In this document: positions 16,773 through 24,041 of the stretch, in pieces
How the letters are laid out: the number at the start of each line of letters is the position of its first letter
Numbering within the stretch: position 1 is the stretch's first letter
From: an uncultured Desulfosarcinaceae bacterium
GTDB lineage: Bacteria; Desulfobacterota; Desulfobacteria; Desulfobacterales; Desulfosarcinaceae
Direction of reading: 5' to 3'
Length of the DNA stretch: 30,200 bases
Assembly: GCA_964527275.1 (NCBI GenBank)
Contig: CAZGPF010000001.1
Location: forward strand, 1-30,200
Made by a program: the position numbers and the translations under genes
The notes under the pieces: model-generated
Databases searched by the model: none
Told to the model about the DNA's origin: nothing
The model's input: the letters and a program-made list of their open reading frames with translations, nothing else

Positions 16773-18203
16773 ATGACCATTGCCTCCGATTTCAAGCTGC
16801 TCGATAAAGCATCCCTCAACCGCATTCACGAAGCGACAATGGACGTCCTGGCCAATACCGGGATCGTCTTTCGTGGCGCCGAGGCGCTGGAACACTTTCG
16901 TCACCACAATGTGCGCGTGGACGGTCAGACCGTGTTCATCAACCAGGAGATCCTCGACCGAGCACTTGCCTCCGTGCCCGATGCCTTTCACTGGGCGGCC
17001 CGCAACCCCGAACGCTCAATCCTTGTAGGCCAAGGGCAAGAGGGCGTGCATATCAGCATGAACAATGGCCCCATCCATGTCCAGGACTTGGAGGGCGGGC
17101 GCCGGGCCGGTACCCTTGAGGATCTGGTAAACTTCTACAAGTTGGGTCAGCAGCTCCGCACCTGCGGCATCGTCGGTCAGATCCCGGTGGATCCTTCCGA
17201 CTTAAAAGGTAAGCAGCGGCACCTGGAGATCTTTTACCATTTGCTGCGGCATACCGACAAACCGCTATGCGGGTATGTGGGTACACAGGCCGAGATCGGC
17301 CAGATGTTCGATATGCTGGCCATCGCTTACGGCGGGGAGGACCCCTTCAAGGAGAGACACCTGATCGCCGTGTCGCTTAACCCGCTGAGCCCGCTCAAGT
17401 ACGACGAAATTCCCTGTGAAACTCTGCTGGCCTATGCCAAGCGACGGCAGCCGGTGATGGTGCTGACCTGCGCCATGTCCGGTGTTACCGCGCCAATACA
17501 ACCCCTGGGAACCGTGGTCCTGCAGAACGCCGAGATCTTGGCGGGCCTGGTGCTCTCCCAGCTGGTCAACCCGGGCACTCCCTTTGTCTACTCACCAGCA
17601 TCCGCCGTGCCCAACATGCGGACCGCCGGGTATGTGACCGGCATGCCTGTAAGTACCATGATCAACATGGCCGGCATTCAACTGGCCAAGGAGTTGTACC
17701 ACCTGCCCACCCGCTGCATGGCAGGCCTGACCGATTCCAAGACCGTCGATTGCCAGGCCGGGTATGAGACCATGCAGAACTTCCTTATGCTGGCCATGGC
17801 CGGCGTGAACATGGTCAACGAGTGCTATGGCCTGCTCGATGCCATCATGACCGTGTCGTACGAGAAGTTCATCATCGATGATGAACTATTAGATCGCGTG
17901 GCCTGCCTGTTGAAAGGTTTCGAGGTCTCGGACGAGGCCCTCTCCCTGGATGTGATCAAAAGCGTCGCCCATGACGGTGCCTATCTCACCCATCTAAGCA
18001 CTATGCAGGAGTGTCGCAAAATCTGGGCGCCTACGGTTTCGGATATGGACACCTATGCCGCCTGGGAGAAGGCGGGCTGTCCAGACATCGTTGCCCGTGC
18101 CGGCCAACAGGTTAAGACCACTCTTGCCCAATGCCCGGAGAGCATGCTCGACGACGATACGGAGCGCGCTTTGCAAGCCTACCTGGAAAAGAACCAAGTT
18201 TAG
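16773..18203 (+). CDS. Non-pyrrolysine MttB-superfamily methyltransferase (MtgB-like, quaternary amine:corrinoid)
   Basis: 476 aa with IHEATMDVLANTG, NPLSPL, APIQPLGTVVLQNAEILAG, PGTPFVY and FIIDDE. PTRCMAG-L-TDSK has Leu at the Pyl-equivalent position. Ends in TAG. Confidence 0.88.
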   Translation: MTIASDFKLLDKASLNRIHEATMDVLANTGIVFRGAEALEHFRHHNVRVDGQTVFINQEILDRALASVPDAFHWAARNPERSILVGQGQEGVHISMNNGPIHVQDLEGGRRAGTLEDLVNFYKLGQQLRTCGIVGQIPVDPSDLKGKQRHLEIFYHLLRHTDKPLCGYVGTQAEIGQMFDMLAIAYGGEDPFKERHLIAVSLNPLSPLKYDEIPCETLLAYAKRRQPVMVLTCAMSGVTAPIQPLGTVVLQNAEILAGLVLSQLVNPGTPFVYSPASAVPNMRTAGYVTGMPVSTMINMAGIQLAKELYHLPTRCMAGLTDSKTVDCQAGYETMQNFLMLAMAGVNMVNECYGLLDAIMTVSYEKFIIDDELLDRVACLLKGFEVSDEALSLDVIKSVAHDGAYLTHLSTMQECRKIWAPTVSDMDTYAAWEKAGCPDIVARAGQQVKTTLAQCPESMLDDDTERALQAYLEKNQV

Positions 18204-18409
18204 CCAAATGCGGAAACTGTAATAGACTTCAAGCATTAAGGATAGATGGAGTCTCCGGTAAAGATGCCCGGTCCGGGGATACAACTAAAACCGGGGTGGA
18301 CCAACATAGAAACAGGAGGAGCTGAAGAGAACCGTTGAAGTAGGAGTAATGGTCAACGAGCCGGCTTGCTATGCACACCGGCTGATATTTACCCATGGGA
18401 GGTTTAATC

Positions 18410-19888
18410 GTGAAACGCAACCTGTATGCGGGATTCCTGCAAAGCGGGGGGTTGAGCCTGAACATGTTTACCGACGACGAACTGGAGGCCATTCATCTGG
18501 CCACCATGCAGGTGCTCCAGCACACCGGTGTCTTCTTCGAGGACGAAGAGGCCCGGGATATACTGGCTGGCAGCGGCGCTACCGTCGATCCGGAAAGCAA
18601 GGTGGTCAAATTTCCCCCCTATCTGGTGGAGGATGCCATCCGTTCGGCGCCCTCCAAAGTTTTGTTGGCCGGGCGCGACCCGGACAACGATTATGTGTTG
18701 GAGAAGAACCGCGTGGGCTTCACCAACTTTGGCGAGGGCATCTCGATTTTTGATCTGACGTCGGGAGATCTGCGCGAGACTGTGAAACAAGATGTAGCCG
18801 ATAGCGCCGTCATCGTCGATTACCTCGACGGCGTCGATGTCTATGAACGGGCGGTAGGCGCCCACGATGTGCCTCAGGCGGTCCAGCCTCTGCACAATGC
18901 CGAAGCCTTTCTGGCCAACACCACCAAGCACTGCTTTCACGGCGCCGGTAACGGCCGCCTGATGAGGGCCGCCATCGACATGGCCGCGACCATCGTGGGC
19001 GGGCGGGACAAGCTAAAGGAGCGGCCGATCATCTCCTTTAACACCTGTCCCATCAGTCCCCTCAAGCTGGTCAGCGACTGTACCGAGGTCATTGTGGAGG
19101 GTGCCCGCTCCGGCGTGATGGTCAATGTATTGACCCAGGCCCTGGCCGGAGGAACGGCACCAGTGACCCTGGCCGGCACTTTGGTTGTACACAATGCCGA
19201 GGTTCTGGCCGGTATAACCCTCGGGCAGTTGACCCACAAGGGTACGCCGATGATGTACGGCAGCTCAACCTGTCCGCTCGATTTGAAAACTGCCACTGCC
19301 ACGGTGGGTTCGCCGGAGTGTGGCATGATCAATGCCGGGGTTGCCAACCTGGCCAACTATTACGGGCTGCCCAGCTGGGTCGCCGGTGGCTAGGCTGACA
19401 GCAAATTAGCTGACGGCCAGGCTGCCCATGAGAAGACGCTCTCAGGCCTCTTGACAGCGTTGGCAGGCGCCAACCTGATTTACGGTCTGGGGATGCTCGA
19501 ATCGGGCGTTACATTCGATTTTGGCCAGCTTGTCATGGACAACGAGTTTGCGCGGATGATCAAATGCGTCGTCAACGGAATTCCCGTGAACGACGAAACG
19601 CTTGCGGTGGATGTGATTGATACGGTAGGACCCTTTCAACAATTCCTCACGCAAAGGCACACATTCGATCATATGCGCAAGATGTCGCAGCCCAAATTGA
19701 TGGACCGCAAGGTACGCGACAAGTGGCAAAAGGACGGCGGGCGTTCAATGCATGAAAAAGCCATGGACGAGGCCCGGCGGATTCTCGCCGAGCACAAGCC
19801 CAAACCGTTGCCCGAAGACGTACTGAGTAAAATGCGCTCCATAGTTGCCGAAACGGAAGAAGAGCTTGGAGTCAAACGCGAGGCATGA
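18410..19888 (+). CDS. mttB: Pyrrolysine-containing trimethylamine:corrinoid methyltransferase (TAG 19391-19393 read as Pyl, residue 328; 492 aa)
   Basis: The track ORFs 18395-19393 and 19451-19888 share one frame, joined by an open stretch that reads GLPSWVAGG-[TAG]-ADSKLADGQAAHEKTLSGLLTALAGANLIYGLGMLE. This is the canonical MttB Pyl context, and the pyl cassette is adjacent. GTG start at 18410 after GGAGG. Confidence 0.93.
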
Positions 19889-19958
19889 CCCACTTTGAAC
19901 TATAGCGTTTATAGAATTGCCGATGTAATACTTTAAGACACTGGATATAGGAGAGACC

Positions 19959-20591
19959 ATGGTAGATTTAAGAAATATCACCGACGCGCTGATCGCCTGC
20001 GATGCCGACCGCGTCATGCAGCTGGTCCAACAGGCCCTGGATAGTGGAATGATGGCCAACGAAGTCCTCAACGACGGTCTTATGGCCGGCATGGATGTGG
20101 TGGGCGACAAGATGGAGAGCGGGGATATGTTCATCCCCGAAGTGTTGATGGCAGCCCAGGCCATGAGCGGGGCTCTGGATGTGTTGAAGCCCCTGCTGGG
20201 CGAGGATCAGAGCACGACAAGCGGTCGGGTGCTCATCGGCACGGTGAAAGGCGATCTCCATGACATCGGCAAGAACCTGGTCTCCATGATGCTGGAGAGT
20301 ACCGGCATGGAAGTACACAACATAGGTGTCGATATCGCGCCCGAGGCATTCGTTTCTGCGATCCAGGAGAAGGATGTCGATATCGTATGCCTCTCCGCCT
20401 TGCTGACCACCACCATGCCGATGATGAAAGAGACCATAGATGCCATCGTGGAGAGCGGTCTACGGGACAAAGTGAAAATCATGGTGGGCGGCGCGCCGGT
20501 GACCCAGGCCTTTGCCGATGAAATCGGGGCCGACGGGTTTGCCCCCGATGCGGGTTCGGCGGCCAAGATGGCCAAGGCTCTCGCGGCCTGA
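19959..20591 (+). CDS. mttC: Cognate corrinoid protein (MttC-like)
   Basis: B12-binding cap (GLMAGMDVVG..GDMFIPEVLMAAQAM), DxHxxG motif GDLHDIGKNLV, LSALLTTTM and VGGAPVT..FADEIGADG. Confidence 0.9.
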   Translation: MVDLRNITDALIACDADRVMQLVQQALDSGMMANEVLNDGLMAGMDVVGDKMESGDMFIPEVLMAAQAMSGALDVLKPLLGEDQSTTSGRVLIGTVKGDLHDIGKNLVSMMLESTGMEVHNIGVDIAPEAFVSAIQEKDVDIVCLSALLTTTMPMMKETIDAIVESGLRDKVKIMVGGAPVTQAFADEIGADGFAPDAGSAAKMAKALAA

Positions 20592-20650
20592 GATACGATT
20601 TGATTGTATCTGTTCAGGCGCCAGTTATCACTTAACATCACCTCCGCTGC

Positions 20651-20724
20651 GGAGGATGGATCGCAACGAGATCATGCGGACTCTAAATCCGCACAGCCGG
20701 GTGCAACTCCCGGATTCTCCGCCA
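20651..20724 (+). tRNA. pylT: tRNA-Pyl (anticodon CUA)
   Basis: Folds as GGAGGAT/ATTCTCC acceptor, single G linker, GATC/GATC D-stem, 6-bp TGCGGA/TCCGCA anticodon stem, loop CT-CTA-AA (anticodon 20683-20685), 3-nt variable loop CAG, CCGGG/CCCGG T-stem lacking TTC, G discriminator and encoded CCA. These are the tRNA-Pyl hallmarks. Confidence 0.96.
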
Positions 20725-20764
20725 TTTTCAAGGCTGCGGCGCAGGCCACGCAGAAGGGATAGCT

Positions 20765-21610
20765 GTGTACAATTGTCGGTGGTCCGACTCCCAGCTCAAG
20801 CGGCTTAAATCCCTGGGAGCGGACGCCGACACGCTGAAGCTTACCTTCGAGAATGAATCCCAACGCGATGCCGCGTTCCAGGAGCAGGCCAAAAGGCTGA
20901 CCCGCCAAAGTCGCAAACGGTTGTTGCAATTCAGGAGCGACGACCGCCGGCCGCACCTTGTCCGCCTGGAGCACCTGCTGGCCGAGGCCCTGGTCCAAGA
21001 GGGATTCACACAGATCGTCACGCCCATCATCATGTCCAGGGGACACCTGAAGCGCATGACCCTTGGCCCGGACCACCAACTCTACCGGCAAATCTTCTGG
21101 GCCGATGCCAACCGTTGTTTCCGGCCCATGCTGGCCCCCCATCTCTACTATGTCTCCAAAGATCTGCTACGCTTGTGGCCGCGCCCGCTGCGGCTGTTTG
21201 AAATCGGCCCCTGTTTTCGAAAAGAGAGCCATGGTGCACGACACCTGAACGAGTTTACCATGCTGAACCTGGTGGAGTACGGCATGCCGCAAACCGAACG
21301 GCACCGGCGACTAAAAGCGTTGACGGCTCTCATTATGGATAGGGCCACTATTGCGGATTACCGGATCGAAGAGGAGCATTCCGAAGTGTACGGTGACACA
21401 GTGGATGTCGTGGCCGGTGCGGGATCGCTGGAGGTGGCCTCTGCGGCTATGGGCCCCCATCGACTGGATGCCGCCTGGGGCGTGACCGAAACCTGGGTGG
21501 GCATCGGATTCGGCCTAGAACGCTTAACAATGGTGGCCCGGGGACGGGACAATTTGAAAAAATGTGGGCGCAGCCTTTCCAATCTGAACGGGATACCATT
21601 GAATATTTAG
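20765..21610 (+). CDS. pylSc: Pyrrolysyl-tRNA synthetase catalytic (C-terminal) subunit
   Basis: RPMLAPHLY, LRLFEIGPCFRKES, HLNEFTMLNLVE, VYGDTVDV, EVASAAMGP and WVGIGFGLERL. Lies directly after pylT. GTG start; ends in TAG. Confidence 0.95.
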   Translation: MYNCRWSDSQLKRLKSLGADADTLKLTFENESQRDAAFQEQAKRLTRQSRKRLLQFRSDDRRPHLVRLEHLLAEALVQEGFTQIVTPIIMSRGHLKRMTLGPDHQLYRQIFWADANRCFRPMLAPHLYYVSKDLLRLWPRPLRLFEIGPCFRKESHGARHLNEFTMLNLVEYGMPQTERHRRLKALTALIMDRATIADYRIEEEHSEVYGDTVDVVAGAGSLEVASAAMGPHRLDAAWGVTETWVGIGFGLERLTMVARGRDNLKKCGRSLSNLNGIPLNI

Positions 21611-21611
21611 C

Positions 21612-21783
21612 GTAACTACTCAGAGCACTTCATCTTCGGCCCTTCAGGCCTTTCCATATAGCGATGCTATTATGAAAAGACCTGAATGACCGAACCTAAA
21701 GCACTCTGAGCAGTTACAGTTCGAGATAGAATTGTTGCAGTTCGTGCTTTTTTGTGCTTTTTGCCATTACGCTGAGTAGTTAC
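21612..21783 (+). mobile_element. Complete 172-bp MITE-like element with 12-bp TIRs and an 8-bp target-site duplication
   Basis: Begins GTAACTACTCAG and ends CTGAGTAGTTAC (perfect inverted repeat). Flanked by TATTTAGC at both 21604-21611 and 21784-21791. Other copies at 1-52 and 30148-30200. No transposase in the window. Confidence 0.88.
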
Positions 21784-21792
21784 TATTTAGCC

Positions 21793-22884
21793 ATGAAGTC
21801 GTCTGAACTGGAAAATATATTGTCGCAGGCTCGCGACGGTCATGGATTGACACTCCGGGCGATGTCAGCGCTGCTGAAACTTGACTGCCCTGGGCAGATC
21901 GAAGCCCTTTTTAAAGCGGCACGCCAGGTGCGCAAAACTTTCAGCCACCAGCGTATCTTTCTCTACGGGTTTTTATACACCAGCACCCACTGTCGCAATA
22001 ACTGTCGTTTTTGTAAATTTCGCCGTGACAATGACGGCTTCCGGCGTTACCGCAAGAACTTCGACCAGATCGTGGCTGCGGCCGCCAGGCTGGCATCTTC
22101 GGGCGTGCATCTCATCGATCTGACCATGGGGGAAGATCCGACGCTTTTCCGTCGGGGGACGGACTCCTTGCCGGAACTCGTGCGAGCGGTGCGTCAGGTC
22201 AGCGGTCTGCCGCTGATGGTGTCGCCGGGGTGGCTGCCGTCGTACCAACTGGAACTGCTGGCCGCATCCGGCGCGGATTGGTATGCCTGTTATCAAGAGA
22301 CCCATTCGAAAAGGCTGTTTCGATATCTTCGGCCTGGGCAGGATTTTGGGCGACGCATGGCCGCCAAGGAGGCCGCCCGCAAGGCGGGGCTTTTGGTTGA
22401 GGAGGGCATTCTGTGTGGCATTGGCGAGTCTGATCGGCAGGTAGTCGATTCTCTGGTAGCCATGGCCGCCATGGACGCCGACCAGGTGCGGGTTATGAAC
22501 TTCGTGCCCCAGCCGGGCACCCCTCTGGCGGAAAGTCCCCAAGCCAACAATCTGCGCGAGCGCATGATTATCGCCATCATGCGCCTGGCTTTTCCGGACA
22601 AGCTGATTCCGGCCTCCCTCGATGTGGAAGGGCTCAAGGGCCTGCGGCAAAGGCTCGATGCAGGGGCCAACGTCGTGACATCACTTGTGCCGCCCGGAGA
22701 GGGTTTTTGCGGCGTGGCCGGCGGCAGGCTGGATATCGACAATGCTCGCCGAACGGCGCCGGCCGTGCGCCGAGTCATCGAATCCGCCGGACTGCGGGTG
22801 GCCCAGCCACAAGAGCTAGGTGCATGGATGCGCTTGCGACGCCATGCGGTTGTGCGTCGCGGGTCTCTGTGGAGATCGGCATGA
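21793..22884 (+). CDS. pylB: 3-methylornithine synthase (radical SAM)
   Basis: IFLYGFLYTSTHCRNNCRFC (CxxxCxxC), SGVHLIDLTMGEDP, WYACYQET, EEGILCGIGES, RVMNFVPQPGTP, LIPASLDVEG and AGANVVTS. ATG 21793 chosen; the upstream in-frame start at 21754 lies inside the MITE. Confidence 0.93.
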   Translation: MKSSELENILSQARDGHGLTLRAMSALLKLDCPGQIEALFKAARQVRKTFSHQRIFLYGFLYTSTHCRNNCRFCKFRRDNDGFRRYRKNFDQIVAAAARLASSGVHLIDLTMGEDPTLFRRGTDSLPELVRAVRQVSGLPLMVSPGWLPSYQLELLAASGADWYACYQETHSKRLFRYLRPGQDFGRRMAAKEAARKAGLLVEEGILCGIGESDRQVVDSLVAMAAMDADQVRVMNFVPQPGTPLAESPQANNLRERMIIAIMRLAFPDKLIPASLDVEGLKGLRQRLDAGANVVTSLVPPGEGFCGVAGGRLDIDNARRTAPAVRRVIESAGLRVAQPQELGAWMRLRRHAVVRRGSLWRSA

Positions 22885-24041
22885 ATATCGCGTTGGTCGG
22901 CGGCGGTCTGCAAGGTGTCGAAACCGCCTACCTGGCCCGCAAGGCCGGATGGCATGTGACCTTAGTGGATCGCCGACTTTCGCCGCCTGCCAGGGGTCTT
23001 AGCCAGGCCTTCAAACAGATCGATGTCGGTGACGGCGCTGAAATCAAGCATATCTTCGAGCAGGTCGATTTGGTCTTGCCGGCCCTCGAAAATCGGGTAG
23101 CGCTCGATGCCCTGGTGGCTGCGGCCAAAGGGGCCAAAACGCCCTTGGCTTTCGATCCCGCAGCCTATGCGGTTACCTGCTCCAAAGCGGCATCAAACCG
23201 CCTTTTTGCGCAACTCAACCTGCTGCTACCATCGGAAGATGGGCAACACCGGGGGGCGGTGATCGTCAAACCCAACAGTGGCAGCGGCAGCAGCGGCGTC
23301 AGACTCTTTTCCTCCCGTCAGGCGGCCAAGAGATTTCTCGCGCACAGACCGCAAAAGAAACCTTTGTTATGTCAGCAGTTTCTGGATGGTCCCACTTTTT
23401 CCATCGAGGTGCTTGGCCGTCCCGGTCAATACCGGACTTTCGCTGTGACCGACCTTTTCATGGACGAGGCTTTTGACTGTAAGCGCGTGCGTGCGCCGTC
23501 AAGCTTGCCCCCCGTTCATCAGGCGACTTTGGCCGCTATGTCGCACCTGCTTGCCGAAGCCCTTGCGCTAACGGGGCTCATGGATGTGGAGGTTGTATTA
23601 TGGGAAGATCGGCTCTATGTGCTGGAAATTGACGCTCGTATTCCCAGCCAGACACCCACCGCCGTTTACTGGACCAGCGGGGTCAATCTCATTGAGTTGT
23701 TAGGCAACCTGTTTGTCCCGCGACATATTTCTGTTGCGAGGCCTGAAACTCCCAAACGCGCTGTAGTCTATGAACACATCGGCGTGCAGCAAGGCCTGGT
23801 CCATGTTTGTGGTGAAAGCCGGCTGGGCCGCGCTGGTTCTCTGCGCCTGGTTGCCGATTTTTTCGGCTGTGATGAAGCCATAACCGATTTTGAAAAGGGC
23901 TGCGACGCCTGGGCGGCCACTCTGATCTGTTGCGGCAAAGATCCCGCTGCGGCCTGGCGCAAGCGTTGCGCCGCGATTGAGCGCATTGGCGACGCCTGCA
24001 ACCCTGGGGTTGTCGCTCAGCCGGCGGGAGGCAGCGTATGA
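22881..24041 (+). CDS. pylC: 3-methylornithine--L-lysine ligase (ATP-grasp)
   Basis: MNIALVGGGLQGVETAYLARKAG, VKP..GSGS.GV, GPTFSIEV, MDVEV, LEIDARIPSQTPTAVYWTSGVN. ATGA overlap with the pylB stop. Confidence 0.92.
   Translation: MNIALVGGGLQGVETAYLARKAGWHVTLVDRRLSPPARGLSQAFKQIDVGDGAEIKHIFEQVDLVLPALENRVALDALVAAAKGAKTPLAFDPAAYAVTCSKAASNRLFAQLNLLLPSEDGQHRGAVIVKPNSGSGSSGVRLFSSRQAAKRFLAHRPQKKPLLCQQFLDGPTFSIEVLGRPGQYRTFAVTDLFMDEAFDCKRVRAPSSLPPVHQATLAAMSHLLAEALALTGLMDVEVVLWEDRLYVLEIDARIPSQTPTAVYWTSGVNLIELLGNLFVPRHISVARPETPKRAVVYEHIGVQQGLVHVCGESRLGRAGSLRLVADFFGCDEAITDFEKGCDAWAATLICCGKDPAAAWRKRCAAIERIGDACNPGVVAQPAGGSV

Noticed and set aside
18349-18753. 134-aa ORF with an AGGAG just upstream, overlapping the mttB start in another frame
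   Set aside because: SD-to-ATG spacing is very short, the product has no recognisable features, and it overlaps a well-supported gene for most of its length.
19394-19450. PYLIS-type stem-loop after the amber codon
   Set aside because: Only a 4-bp CAGC/GCTG stem is visible by eye, and Pyl insertion is known not to require such an element.
19451-19888. Separate 145-aa gene, or mttB as a nonsense pseudogene
   Set aside because: It is in frame with the upstream part, the intervening codons encode conserved MttB residues, and the TAG is at the Pyl position next to a full pyl cassette.
21612-21783. CRISPR array or tRNA/riboswitch interpretation of the repeat
   Set aside because: There are no regularly spaced direct repeats with unique spacers, no cas genes and no cloverleaf. 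Terminal inverted repeats plus a target duplication explain it better.
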